Shown piece after piece: positions 1 through 9,731 of a stretch of DNA of 64,000 bases. The stretch lies in contig JASGHG010000001.1 of NCBI GenBank assembly GCA_047602425.1, forward strand, positions 1,536,001 through 1,600,000. Direction: 5' to 3'. Position numbers and translations under genes: made by a program. Within the stretch, counting starts at the first letter, position 1. Every line of letters starts with the position of its first letter. Under the pieces are notes generated by a model. That model saw only the letters and a program-made list of their open reading frames with translations, did no database searches and was not told the DNA's origin. This DNA is from Nibricoccus sp. GTDB lineage: Bacteria; Verrucomicrobiota; Verrucomicrobiia; Opitutales; Opitutaceae.

Positions 1-1552
1 CCTTCCCGCCGCCAGCCTCCGACGCCATTCGAAGAAGCTCGGGACGCTGACGCACCGCCGCGACGTTGGGCAGCGTTAGCGGCAGCACGAGGTTCAACGT
101 TATCGAACCAATCAAGGCCACCCAAACGGCCTTCGCCGTCAGCCGTCGCCAGAACAGCATCAACATGATCGCGGCTCCGAACGGCACGTTGACCATGATC
201 ACGAGCCGCACAACCGCTTCCATCCCGCTCATTTGTCCGGCACAAAATGCACCGAGAACCAACACCGCCACAATGGTCCAACGCGCGAGCCGCACCCGCT
301 CCGCTTCATCCATCGTCGGCCACATTGGCCGGCAAAAATTTTGCACGAACAGCGAGGCCGTGGCCATCGCCTTGGCCGAGACGTTCGACATCACGCCCGC
401 CACCAGCCCCACGAGCATCAAACCCATCAGGCCCGGCCCGAGCAGTTGCCGCGCCATCGTGCCCCAAGCCGCATCGGAAAACGGCAGCGCGCCTTCACCG
501 GAAAACAGCGCCACCGCGATTAGGCCCGTCAGCGTCCACAGCATCACCATCACCCGCTTCGCGTAAAAGCCCGCCACGCCGACCCGAGCAGCGAATTCCG
601 TACGCGCCGAGCCCATGATGTTCATGTTCGAACTCAACGCATTCACCTGCACGACGCTCGCCAGCGTGATCGCGAAAATCGTCCAGCCGGTGAATTGCAC
701 CGCGCCCTTTCCGCCGAAGAGATTGAACATTTCCCTAGGCACACGTTTGCCCAACTCACCCCAACCGCCAACTGCATGCAGCCCCACCGGAATCAGCACC
801 ACGGAAAACGCCACAATCAGCAAGCTTTGTGCGGCTTCGTTGAGCGCCGCCGCCTTGAGTCCGCCCAGCACCATGTAGGCCGCTACCGCAACCACAAAAC
901 TGAGGTAAAAAACCGGCTTTGCCAGGCCGCCTTTAAGCAGCGACACTCCGCTGTCGATGCGTCCTGCCGCCCGCATGTCGCGCAATACCGCCAGCCGGTC
1001 CTGCGCCGCCTGGCCGAGCGCACCCGTGCTGGCTGCATGTTCCAACCGGCTCCATTCCTGATAATTGGCGACCGACGTCTGTTCTTCCGCCGTCCATGCC
1101 GCTGCGGGTTTGGTCACAATTGTCGCGGTGATGGTATAGGCCGTAAAGCATCCAAAACCAATGGTCAGCACCGTCACGCCCACTTGAAACAGGGCATAAA
1201 ATTGCGCCAGCGGCCGGCTTCCGAAACGCTCCACAAACATGTCCGCCACCGTCAGGACCCGCGCCCGCCGAAACCACACGTTCATAAACCAATAATACGG
1301 GTTCATGAAGACCGTTTGAAACGAGTACCAGACGCCCGACGCTCCGCGTTCGTAGACGAAACTCGCGGTGGACACTGCGCCCTGCGGCTCCGTGGCGTTC
1401 CCAAAATTAAAAAAAATCTGGTACCATTTTCCCAGTTTGCGCCCGGCCAGATAATACCCCTCCTCCGTCCGGTTGGCCGACGCCGCACGCCAACCCAACC
1501 CGAGGACGAGCAACAAATAAGCAGCGAGGATGATGTAATCGAGCGGATGCAA
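1..1552 (-). CDS. Sodium:solute symporter (SSS) family transporter, C-terminus runs off the window edge
   Basis: Hand translation of the minus strand, absent from the ORF track because it is open at the edge: (M)HPLDYIILAAYLLLVLGLGW...EEGYYLAGRKLGKW...ADMFVERFGS...VLGGLKAAALNE...LLGPGLMGLMLVGLVAGVMS. Many TM helices. TTG start at 1552 is a best guess; the upstream in-frame stop lies near 1650. Confidence 0.88.
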   Translation of the reverse strand, partial: MHPLDYIILAAYLLLVLGLGWRAASANRTEEGYYLAGRKLGKWYQIFFNFGNATEPQGAVSTASFVYERGASGVWYSFQTVFMNPYYWFMNVWFRRARVLTVADMFVERFGSRPLAQFYALFQVGVTVLTIGFGCFTAYTITATIVTKPAAAWTAEEQTSVANYQEWSRLEHAASTGALGQAAQDRLAVLRDMRAAGRIDSGVSLLKGGLAKPVFYLSFVVAVAAYMVLGGLKAAALNEAAQSLLIVAFSVVLIPVGLHAVGGWGELGKRVPREMFNLFGGKGAVQFTGWTIFAITLASVVQVNALSSNMNIMGSARTEFAARVGVAGFYAKRVMVMLWTLTGLIAVALFSGEGALPFSDAAWGTMARQLLGPGLMGLMLVGLVAGVMSNVSAKAMATASLFVQNFCRPMWPTMDEAERVRLARWTIVAVLVLGAFCAGQMSGMEAVVRLVIMVNVPFGAAIMLMLFWRRLTAKAVWVALIGSITLNLVLPLTLPNVAAVRQRPELLRMASEAGGGK

Positions 1553-1714
1553 GGTTTGAGCTGAAAGGATACCGACCGGCAGGGAAAAAGCCTGAAACCA
1601 GGCCAAACGCAACAATTCGCCGTAACGCGGGCCAGGCGAAAGCCGTCACAACCTCCGCCTCCTTCCACAAACCCACATCACCCCCGGTGAATCCCTCATC
1701 GACTCCCCATAAAT

Positions 1715-1729
1715 GGGTACGTGTTACCC
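1715..1729. promoter_or_regulatory. Possible operator palindrome between the divergent SSS transporter and LacI-type regulator
   Basis: GGGTA-CGTGT-TACCC dyad in the divergent intergenic region. It is short and could be chance. Confidence 0.25.
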
Positions 1730-1786
1730 CGTCTTGGCACTTGCCACGATGCCCGTTCGGGAAAACAGTCTGACAGTAAGAGCTCC

Positions 1787-2854
1787 ATGCCGTCCTCCCC
1801 CTCACTGCGCGAACTCGCCCGCACCCTTGGCTTGTCCCATACCACTGTTTCGGAAGCCCTCCGCGACAACCCGCGCGTGCGTGAAGAAACGAAGGTCAAA
1901 GTGCTCAAAGCCGCCGAAGCCGCCGGCTATCGCCGCAATCCTCTCGCCGGTGCGCTCATGTCGGAAATCCGCCGCTCACGCTCGGGCACATTCCGCGGCG
2001 TCATCGCCATCCTCGATTCCGACGGCATTTCCAAGCAGGCTCCCAACACTTCGCGTTATCATCGCGAAATGATTCAGGGCGCCACCGAACGCGCCAAGGA
2101 ACTCGGCTTCATGGCAGAGATTTTCGTTGGCCAGCGCTCCATCTCCGCCTCGCGCCTCGACTCGATTCTGCAATCGCGCGGTATTCGCGGGGTGCTGCTG
2201 CTGCCGGTTTCCGACGACCCCGACTTTTCCCATCTCGATTGGTCCCACTACGCCGGCGTCTATGCCGATTACATCATCGAGCGGCCCCGTCTGCACGCGA
2301 TCTGCACCGACCACTACCGAGCGCTCATCAGCGCGCTCAATCATCTTCGCACGCTCGGCTATCGCCGCCCCGGTCTCGTCCTCCAACAGCACAACGACGA
2401 ACGACTGCTCAACCGCTGGGAAGCCGCGTTTCAGGCCTATCTGGATCATCACACCGACCTGAACCATCTGCCACCGCTTATTTTGCCTGAAATCAACCGC
2501 GAAAAATTCGTCTCGTGGTTCAAAAAACAACAACCCGACGTCGTCCTTTGTCACCGCGCGGAAGCCGTTGGCTGGATGCAGGAATGCGGCGCCGAGATCC
2601 CCCGCACCCACGGTTTCTGCTGTCTGAATGTGATGACAAACAGCATTCCCTGCAGCGGCCTCGATCTCCAGCCCAAGCTGCTCGGCGCGCGCGGCGTGGA
2701 ACTCGTCATCGCCCAAATTTTCCGCAACGAATACGGCATTCCGGAAATTCCCTCGACCACCACGATCCCCGCCCGCTGGATCGACGGTCCTACCTTGCCG
2801 GATATTGCAAGCGCTGCAGCAAAAGCTCCCGCCCTCCTTCCCCTTCACGCCTGA
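1787..2854 (+). CDS. LacI-family transcriptional regulator
   Basis: N-terminal HTH SLRELARTLGLSHTTVSEALRDNPRVREETKVKVLKAAEAAGYRRN followed by a sugar-binding-type domain. ATG at 1787. Confidence 0.92.
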   Translation: MPSSPSLRELARTLGLSHTTVSEALRDNPRVREETKVKVLKAAEAAGYRRNPLAGALMSEIRRSRSGTFRGVIAILDSDGISKQAPNTSRYHREMIQGATERAKELGFMAEIFVGQRSISASRLDSILQSRGIRGVLLLPVSDDPDFSHLDWSHYAGVYADYIIERPRLHAICTDHYRALISALNHLRTLGYRRPGLVLQQHNDERLLNRWEAAFQAYLDHHTDLNHLPPLILPEINREKFVSWFKKQQPDVVLCHRAEAVGWMQECGAEIPRTHGFCCLNVMTNSIPCSGLDLQPKLLGARGVELVIAQIFRNEYGIPEIPSTTTIPARWIDGPTLPDIASAAAKAPALLPLHA

Positions 2855-2982
2855 ATTGCGTTGCCGCAATCGTCTCGTTCTGGTTGGCGAAGACGGATGG
2901 CTGAAAAGTGACGATACCACTCAACGCCCTTTCGTCAGTTGCGTCTGACGCGGGTCGATTCCCAGGTCGATCGTTGACGTTT

Positions 2983-3017
2983 AAAAAACAAGCCGGCCGC
3001 CTTTGCAAGCGGCCGGC
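2983..3017 (-). terminator. Rho-independent terminator after the pectinesterase gene
   Basis: Stem GCCGGCCGC/GCGGCCGGC (2992-3000/3009-3017) with a minus-strand U-run (A-run 2983-2988). Confidence 0.75.
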
Positions 3018-3043
3018 GCCGTGGCCTGCTTTAGAGCTGGCTG

Positions 3044-3913
3044 TTAGTTTGGATTCCAGCCACCCAGAACGTTGCTCTTGGTGTAGGCCGCGGCTTGCGT
3101 GGCCGTGAGGCGCTTCACCCACGAAGCGCGGCTCGACGGACAAGGGTACTCGGCGAAACGACAGGTTGCGGAATTATTCGTGCCGCTCCACTCGATATAG
3201 CCAACCGGGGCGATCACGTTTCCGATCGTGCAATTGATGAATGCCAGCTGGCCATAGGCCCCCCAGGGCCGGCCCAGGTAGGATGAACCGCTTGTGGCCG
3301 TGCCGCCCGTTGCGATTGTGCAGCCGGAAAATACGATGCCGTAGTTCTGGCTCGAAGCCGTAGCTGGGGCGCCCAGCGTGGCGCCGTTTCCGCGGATTTG
3401 CCGAACCGTTGAATTAGTAACAAAAATCCGCCCGTGGCCGTAAACGAAGTCAACCGTCCCCCGGATTTCGCTGCCCGTCACATAGATCGAGGAACTCGCG
3501 CCTTTGGCGTACAGCGTGTCCTGGCGTCCCAGCAAATAGGTGGAACGCACGGCGCAGCGCGCGGCAGTGACAATGAGCACCTGACTGGTGTTGTTGTCGC
3601 CCGTGTAGCTATTGCGGACCGTGATGTTCTTGATGGTGACGTCGGCAGCATTCACGGTGAGCGTGACTTGGTTCTGGCCTGCAGTTAGGATCGTGCCGGT
3701 GTTGCTGGCGCCGGCGATGGTGATTCCGCTCTTGGCGCTCGGCACCGTGAACGGGCCGGTGTAGGTGCCATTCGCGATGGAGATGGTGTCGCCGACCGCC
3801 GCGGCGTTGATGGCGGCCTGCACGGTGGAGTATTGCGAGGGAACGCTGCGGGTTGCGGCAAAAGCAGACGGCAGAAGAGCCGCTGCGAACAGGAATGCTG
3901 TTACAGTTTTCAT
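3044..3913 (-). CDS. Secreted pectinesterase (pectin methylesterase, CE8)
   Basis: Signal peptide MKTVTAFLFAAALLPSAFA; CE8 motifs TVQAAINAA, GRQDTLY, GTVDFVYG and YLGRPW. Confidence 0.93.
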   Translation of the reverse strand: MKTVTAFLFAAALLPSAFAATRSVPSQYSTVQAAINAAAVGDTISIANGTYTGPFTVPSAKSGITIAGASNTGTILTAGQNQVTLTVNAADVTIKNITVRNSYTGDNNTSQVLIVTAARCAVRSTYLLGRQDTLYAKGASSSIYVTGSEIRGTVDFVYGHGRIFVTNSTVRQIRGNGATLGAPATASSQNYGIVFSGCTIATGGTATSGSSYLGRPWGAYGQLAFINCTIGNVIAPVGYIEWSGTNNSATCRFAEYPCPSSRASWVKRLTATQAAAYTKSNVLGGWNPN

Positions 3914-4136
3914 GTTGGGGTATGCGTACGTTATTTCTCCGGCGAAGGGGTAATGCGCACTCGCACCGCTGAGTTTCACCTCAACAGCCCGAAGAATAGA
4001 GCGAGTGGTCGTCCGGCAGCGCAGCCGCGCCCTCCCGACGAGTCAACGTACGGAGTTGATGACAAATTGACGACAGCCCCAGAAATTCGCCCCGAAAGCT
4101 AGCGCTGCCGTCTCCCGCGAAAAAAGCCTCGTGCAC

Positions 4137-4212
4137 TGGCGCCCCCGCCCGGACTTGAACCGGGATGCGCGGTTTAGGAAACCGCTGCTCTATCCAGTTG
4201 AGCTACGGGGAC
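4137..4212 (-). tRNA. tRNA-Arg (anticodon CCT), 76 nt, CCA encoded
   Basis: Reverse complement folds as a cloverleaf: acceptor GTCCCCG/CGGGGGC, D arm GCTC/GAGC, anticodon stem GCGGT-TTCCTAA-ACCGC, T arm CCCGG-TTCAAGT-CCGGG, 3' CCA. Confidence 0.97.
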
Positions 4213-4310
4213 AAATTATCGCCCTTCAGGTTGAAAAACGTGTGCGCTCCGTCAATCCACATGTCTTGCTTCGGCAGTTTGCGCAGGGCGATCCGGATGC
4301 AGGCGCGACA

Positions 4311-4344
4311 AAAACAAAAAACCTCCGGTCGATAGCCGGAGGTT
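4311..4344 (-). terminator. Rho-independent terminator after the ferredoxin gene
   Basis: Stem AACCTCCGG/CCGGAGGTT followed by a U-rich tail on the minus strand. Confidence 0.75.
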
Positions 4345-4373
4345 AAAATTAAAAGACGTAAAGCGGGTTTTGC

Positions 4374-4607
4374 TTATTCGCCGTCGTTGCCAATGGCTTC
4401 GACCGGGCAGCCTTCCATCGCCTCGGTGCAGAGTGCGATTTCCTCGTCGGTCGTAGGCTGCTTTTGCACAAAAGAATAGCCACCTTCGTCATTGCGAGCA
4501 AAGAAAGCCGGCGCCGTCTCGCGGCAGAGGTCGCAGTCGATGCACTGTTGATCGGTGTAGAATTTTCCGGGAACATTCGGTTCCCATTTGTCTGCTTTGT
4601 TGGCCAT
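4374..4607 (-). CDS. Small monocluster ferredoxin
   Basis: 77 aa MANKADKWEPNVPGKFYTDQQCIDCDLC...CPVEAIG: CxxCxxC plus a distal CP motif. Confidence 0.92.
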   Translation of the reverse strand: MANKADKWEPNVPGKFYTDQQCIDCDLCRETAPAFFARNDEGGYSFVQKQPTTDEEIALCTEAMEGCPVEAIGNDGE

Positions 4608-4753
4608 GGTGCGGTTACAAAAGAGTAATCGCGCTGATAGTGTCAAGTAGGAGCACCACTCTTGAGTGGAAAACCCCAACACGTTTTGACGCGCGTCAAT
4701 ATCAGCGGCTCACGGCTTGTATTTGCCGGGGCAGGTTCCTAGGTTGCGGCGAC

Positions 4754-5656
4754 ATGCTCGAAGACCGGCCATATATGCGTGATGACTACCCGCGACGCGG
4801 GCGTACAGCTTTGATGTGGTTGATGTCTGCGGTGACGGCAGGGTTCATTTTGGTGGCGGTTTTCGAACGGATGTTCGACTCGGATACTTTCACGCAATGG
4901 TTTCAACTCAGTTTCTCCAGCGTACGCCAGGGATATGCCTGGCAGTTGTTTACCTATCCCTTTGTCCATCCGCTGGAGGGCGCGTTGTCGGTGCTTCAAG
5001 TCGCGCTCAACCTTCTGTGTCTGTATTTTCTCGGGCGCGAAATGGAAACGTTGCTTGGTTGGCGGCGGTTTTTGATTTTGTACTTCGGCGCGGTCCTGCT
5101 CGCAGCGGGTTGCTGGCTCGCGGTCAATTTCAACCACGGTGGCGAGCTCGCCGGCACGTGGCCCGCGATCCTCGCCTGCCTCACCATGTACGCGTTGCTC
5201 TATCCCGATCAGGAAATGAGCGTGTTGATCCTTTTTATCCCTGTTACGCTCCGCCCCAAGTACATTGCGTGGGGCCTGCTTATGATCAACCTGCTCGCTT
5301 TCGCCTTTTGGGAGCTTCGTGGACAATCGCTTCCCGTGCACTACGCTCCTTCCGCTCATCTGGGCGGCATGCTGGCGGGCGCGTTGTATTTTTTCCTCGT
5401 TCACCGCCGCGAATGGCGTAACCCCGACGGACGCACCGTGATCGAGCTTCCGCGCTGGATGCGTAAGGCCCGCAAAAACCCCGCCGTCGTCCCGGGTAAA
5501 TACAAGGTCAATCTCACCACCCCGCCCCAGGAAAACCTCAAAAGCGAAGTCGACCGCATCCTTGATAAAATCAATAGCCACGGCTTTTCCTCGCTCACTT
5601 CCGAAGAAAAAAGCCTGCTGGATACTGCACGCAACCAGTTGGGCCGCAATAGCTAA
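4754..5656 (+). CDS. Rhomboid-family membrane protein, catalytic Ser apparently absent, with C-terminal soluble tail
   Basis: WQLFTYPFVH and AHLGG motifs, about 6 TM helices, C-terminal EVDRILDKINSHGFSSLTSEEK. The GxSG position reads LAGTWPA. Confidence 0.85.
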   Translation: MLEDRPYMRDDYPRRGRTALMWLMSAVTAGFILVAVFERMFDSDTFTQWFQLSFSSVRQGYAWQLFTYPFVHPLEGALSVLQVALNLLCLYFLGREMETLLGWRRFLILYFGAVLLAAGCWLAVNFNHGGELAGTWPAILACLTMYALLYPDQEMSVLILFIPVTLRPKYIAWGLLMINLLAFAFWELRGQSLPVHYAPSAHLGGMLAGALYFFLVHRREWRNPDGRTVIELPRWMRKARKNPAVVPGKYKVNLTTPPQENLKSEVDRILDKINSHGFSSLTSEEKSLLDTARNQLGRNS

Positions 5657-5803
5657 TTTCTCCTTGTGTCCCCGGCGTAAGGTCGAAGGGTTCGTCCAAG
5701 GCTGCGCCGCATGAAAACCTTGCTTAGTATTCCGCCCCACACGCCGAATACTAGATAACCGGCGGCGCTTTTACTCATTCTCATTCGCCAACCGACCCTT
5801 GTT

Positions 5804-8080
5804 TTGAAACATTTTCCACGCACACTTTTCACACCAAAGATGAAATTGCCCGCCTCCCTGTCCTTCCTCCGCCTATTTTGCGCATTGCTCGCCCTCCTGC
5901 TCGCAGGGAATCCACTTCAAGCCAGGACCGAACGAAAATTCACCACCAGTCCCACTCTCTCGCGGGAAATTCAGTCACTGATCACCGTCCTCCTTGAGCA
6001 ATACCACTACAACCACGAGAATGTCCGTCCCGCCGCGTATGGCCAGGTAATTTCTGACTACATGGGCGAACTCGACGGGCAGCGCCTTTTCTTCCTTTCG
6101 GCCGACAAAGATGCGTTCGAAAAACGCTATCCCGGGAACTGGGTTTACAACAACCTCTCCCAACTCGGCAAAATCGATCCCGCCTTCGATATCTATAACA
6201 CTTTCGTGACCCGTCTCGAAGCCCGCATCAACTGGATCTTCGAAGAACTCAAAAAAGACATCGATCTCACCACCAAGGATTCCTATCTACTCGACAGAGC
6301 CAAAGGTCCCTGGTGCTCCACCCAGGAGGAAGCCGATGCTCTCTGGCGCCGCCGGCTCAAATTCGAAATTCTGCAGGACGTTCTCAACAAAAAGACAGTA
6401 GAGGCAGCCAAGGAAACAGTCCGCAAACGCTACGAACGGGTCCTCAAAAATCACGACGACATCGAATCCGAGGACATCTCCGAAATTTTCCTTTCCGTCA
6501 TCACGCGTCTCTACGATCCGCATTCGACTTATTTCTCCCCGGCCACCTACGACGATTTTGGCATCCAAATGCGTCTCCAACTCGTCGGTATTGGCGCGCT
6601 CCTCGGCATCGAGGATGACTATTGCGTCGTGAAGGAAATTGTCACCGGCACCCCCGCCGATCTCGGCAAGCAACTTCAACCCAACGACAAGATCCTCTAC
6701 GTCGCCCAGGGCAACGAAGAGCCCGTCGAAGTCATTGGCATGAAGCTTCGCAAAATTGTCGCCCTCATCCGTGGCACCAAAGGCACGCAGGTCAGGCTCA
6801 TCGTTCAACCCGCCAGCGCCACCGACCCTTCCGTGCGCAAGGAAATCGTCTTCACCCGCGATGTCATCAATCTCGATTCTTCCCGCGCCCGCGCTGCCAT
6901 CTTCGACCTGCCCGGAGCCGACGGCAAAACCACCCCTATCGGTGTCATTACCCTTCCCACCTTCTATGGACCCGATGGCAGCTCCGTCGCTGGCGATGAC
7001 CCCAGCAACAAACACAGCGCCACCCGCGACGTTGCCGAACTCATCAAACAGCTCCAAAAACAGGGCATTCAGGGCCTCGTACTCGACTTGAGCCAGAACG
7101 GCGGCGGACTCCTCAACGAAGCCATCGACCTCACCGGCCTCTTCATTCGCCAAGGTCCCGTCGTGCAAGTCCGCACCTTCTACGGAGACGTCAAAGTCGA
7201 CAGCGACGAAAATCCCAAGATCGACTACACCGGCCCGCTCGCCGTGCTCGTCTCCCGCTTCAGCGCGTCCGCCTCCGAAATCGTCGCCGGCGCCCTCCAG
7301 GATTACGGCCGCGCCGTCATCGTCGGCGCCAGTTCCACCCACGGCAAAGGCTCCGTCCAAACCGTGCTCGAAATGAAAACCGTTCTCTCCGGCCGCACGC
7401 TCTTCCCCTCCGCCGACAAAACCGGCGCTGCCAAAATCACCGTTCAAAAATTCTACCTTCCCGACGGCCAGTCCACCCAGCTCCGCGGCGTCATCCCCGA
7501 CATCATTCTTCCTTCGAGCGACGAATACCTGCCCATTGGCGAAAAAGATCTGCCCCATGCTCTTGCCTGGGACGAAATCTCCCCCAGCCATTTCGAGGGC
7601 AAACGTCTTCAGTCCGCCGTGATCGAACCACTCCGCACCGCCAGCCTGGCCCGCCAGCAGACCCTTGAGGAATTCACGTTCCTCAAGAAAAACATCGATT
7701 GGTTCAAAAACCGCCAGGAGATGAAATCCGTTTCCCTTAATCTGGAGGAACGCCGCGCGCAGAAAGCCAGCGACTCCGCCTTCCGCAAAGCCATGGAAAA
7801 AGAAAAGGAGCTCCTCTCCAAAAACAGCTACTCCTTCAAGGAATTCAACCTCGGCATTCCGCCCACCAAGAAAGCCCCGGAGAAAAAGCCCGCCGACAAT
7901 GACGACGACGACGATGCCGAACTCAACTCACTGCAACAAGAAGGCTATGCCAAGTTCGACATCCACCTCCGCGAAACCCTCCGCATCCTCTCCGATGCAA
8001 TCGAACTCGGTCGCAAACAAACCGCCTGGACCGACGGCCACCCCCCGCTGACCGCACCAGCCGTCGCCTCCAAAAGTTAA
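5804..8080 (+). CDS. prc: Carboxy-terminal processing (tail-specific) protease, S41 family
   Basis: Signal peptide, YDPHSTY, PDZ (GIGALL), SASASEIVAGALQDYGRA, THGKGSVQ, QKFYLPDGQSTQLRGVIPDI. Start may be ATG 5840. Confidence 0.93.
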   Translation: MKHFPRTLFTPKMKLPASLSFLRLFCALLALLLAGNPLQARTERKFTTSPTLSREIQSLITVLLEQYHYNHENVRPAAYGQVISDYMGELDGQRLFFLSADKDAFEKRYPGNWVYNNLSQLGKIDPAFDIYNTFVTRLEARINWIFEELKKDIDLTTKDSYLLDRAKGPWCSTQEEADALWRRRLKFEILQDVLNKKTVEAAKETVRKRYERVLKNHDDIESEDISEIFLSVITRLYDPHSTYFSPATYDDFGIQMRLQLVGIGALLGIEDDYCVVKEIVTGTPADLGKQLQPNDKILYVAQGNEEPVEVIGMKLRKIVALIRGTKGTQVRLIVQPASATDPSVRKEIVFTRDVINLDSSRARAAIFDLPGADGKTTPIGVITLPTFYGPDGSSVAGDDPSNKHSATRDVAELIKQLQKQGIQGLVLDLSQNGGGLLNEAIDLTGLFIRQGPVVQVRTFYGDVKVDSDENPKIDYTGPLAVLVSRFSASASEIVAGALQDYGRAVIVGASSTHGKGSVQTVLEMKTVLSGRTLFPSADKTGAAKITVQKFYLPDGQSTQLRGVIPDIILPSSDEYLPIGEKDLPHALAWDEISPSHFEGKRLQSAVIEPLRTASLARQQTLEEFTFLKKNIDWFKNRQEMKSVSLNLEERRAQKASDSAFRKAMEKEKELLSKNSYSFKEFNLGIPPTKKAPEKKPADNDDDDDAELNSLQQEGYAKFDIHLRETLRILSDAIELGRKQTAWTDGHPPLTAPAVASKS

Positions 8081-8121
8081 GGACCAAGGAATCTTTCCTC
8101 TTATATTCCACTCTTTCTCCC

Positions 8122-8156
8122 AAGGCCTGACGTAACCTGTCAGGCCTTTTTCTTTT
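8122..8156 (+). terminator. Rho-independent terminator after prc
   Basis: AAGGCCTGAC-GTAACCT-GTCAGGCCTT followed by TTTCTTTT. Confidence 0.8.
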
Positions 8157-8189
8157 GCCAGAATTTCATAATATAAAGTGTATTCAGCT

Positions 8190-8687
8190 ATGCGTTTTAT
8201 CGCCACCCCAATACTACTCATATTGACCACGATGGGCGGTTTAGCCTCCGCTCAGAGTAAGAATGATCAATCGTTCATTTCCGACTCAAACGTTCAGAAG
8301 GTCGCAGAAGCCTACGCACTCGACGCAGTCGATTTAGCCAAAAAACAATTTGGAATCACCTTGGATTGGACGGACGCAAGCATCACAAATACGGAGAAGG
8401 CGTTGGCTGCGCTGCACATTAGTTACAAGACAACCAACCCAAAACCTTCCGACAAAATTGTCGCGGCATTTGCCAAAGGATTTGGCAGTTACATAGGTGA
8501 AGTCTACCGCCGAAACCACGGTGCCGAATGGGGGCTAATAACGTTTGACGGACAAACGCTCCCGGGCCTCAAAACAAATAGAGAAACCTATTTCTGGCCA
8601 TGGGACCGCGCCTCGAAACGAATAACGCAAGGCGCAGAAAACAACGTAGCCGATTATTATAAAACCATGCTTGGAAAAGTACCCTAA
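8190..8687 (+). CDS. Hypothetical exported protein, low GC, DUF3806-like by recall
   Basis: Clean ORF with signal peptide; LDWTDASI...FGSYIGEVYRRNHGAEW...FWPWDRASKRI pattern. About 45% GC in a sampled line. Confidence 0.75.
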   Translation: MRFIATPILLILTTMGGLASAQSKNDQSFISDSNVQKVAEAYALDAVDLAKKQFGITLDWTDASITNTEKALAALHISYKTTNPKPSDKIVAAFAKGFGSYIGEVYRRNHGAEWGLITFDGQTLPGLKTNRETYFWPWDRASKRITQGAENNVADYYKTMLGKVP

Positions 8688-8768
8688 CTGCAACCATTTG
8701 ATTGAGGACAACGTACTTCGGCTCTGCCCTTAGGCTCATTAGCGGTTAGAACCTATTCATCTACACGC

Positions 8769-9614
8769 TCACTTCCACGCCAGCACGAACCGGTCTCTAC
8801 CAGTCAAATCCTTCTGCGATTCGCTGCGGGCAAAACCGGCCTCGGCACACAGCTGCGTTAAAGTCGCGTGTTGCGCGATCCCCGTCTCCATCGCGAGCAG
8901 GCCATCGGCGTTTAGAAATTTCGGCGCGTCACGAATAATCACGCGCAAGTCGGCCAAGCCTTCGTCAGAAGCCACGAGCGCGCTGCGCGGTTCGTGGTCG
9001 CGCACCTCGACTGAAGCCGCGGCCGTTTCTTCCGCGGTCAGATAAGGCGGGTTGGCCACGATCAAATCAAACGTCTCGCCTACCCGGAGTGCGCCGAACC
9101 AGTCGGACTCGATCAGCATCACACGGGAGTCGAGCCCTAGCGCCATGGCATTTTCGCGGGCCAGCGCGAGAGCGTCGGCGCTTTTATCCACCGCGACTAC
9201 GAGCGCCTCGGGCCAGTGTTTCGCCAACGCGAGTGCCAGCGCGCCGCTGCCCGTGCCAAGATCCAAAACGCGCGCAGGCGCCGTCGACAAAGTTTCAGTC
9301 AGACGTTCGGCCAGCAATTCGGTCTCAGGCCGTGGAATCAGCACGCGCCGGTCGACCTTGAGCTTGAGGCCAAACCACTCCGTTTCGCCAAGAATATATT
9401 GCAACGGCTCACGTTGCGCCCGGCGCCTGACCAATGGACGGATTTTTTCCAGCTCGGCTTCGGTCAACAGCCGCTCGAACTGCAAATAGAGTTGCATGCG
9501 TTTCAAACCGAGCGCGTGGCCCACGAGCAGTTCGGCGTCGAGACGCGGGTGTTCCACGCCTTTGGCGGCAAAGAACTCCGTGGTTTTTTTCAGAATTTCG
9601 AGGACGGCGAGCAT
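8769..9614 (-). CDS. prmC: Peptide chain release factor N5-glutamine methyltransferase
   Basis: PRLDAELL, RRAQREPLQYILG, LIPRPETE, LDLGTGSG, NPPY, DLTGRDRF. Confidence 0.95.
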   Translation of the reverse strand: MLAVLEILKKTTEFFAAKGVEHPRLDAELLVGHALGLKRMQLYLQFERLLTEAELEKIRPLVRRRAQREPLQYILGETEWFGLKLKVDRRVLIPRPETELLAERLTETLSTAPARVLDLGTGSGALALALAKHWPEALVVAVDKSADALALARENAMALGLDSRVMLIESDWFGALRVGETFDLIVANPPYLTAEETAAASVEVRDHEPRSALVASDEGLADLRVIIRDAPKFLNADGLLAMETGIAQHATLTQLCAEAGFARSESQKDLTGRDRFVLAWK

Positions 9615-9656
9615 GAACGTGTGGTTAGACCGGCGTTCCGGCGAATATTGACCAAG

Positions 9657-9731
9657 GGCGGAGCGCGTTGAACCCAATGCGCTTTGCTCGATCCATGAAA
9701 AGCCAGCGCATTGAGGCCAACGCGCTCCATC
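9657..9731. repeat. Inverted pair of REP-like palindromes (family A, copy 1)
   Basis: GGCGGAGCGCGTTGAACCCAATGCGCT (9657-9683) and the reverse-strand GATGGAGCGCGTTGGCCTCAATGCGCT (9705-9731). Same family as 21825-21895. Confidence 0.85.

Noticed and set aside
4137..4212. tRNA as an integration site for a genomic island
   Set aside because: No integrase and no duplicated tRNA 3' end in the window; the flanking genes look native.
6287..7591. Long antisense ORFs (also 695-1564, 4739-5740, 9905-11017, 47223-48287, 61155-62183 and others)
   Set aside because: They are shadows of well-supported genes on the opposite strand, expected with high GC3 codon bias, and carry no motifs.
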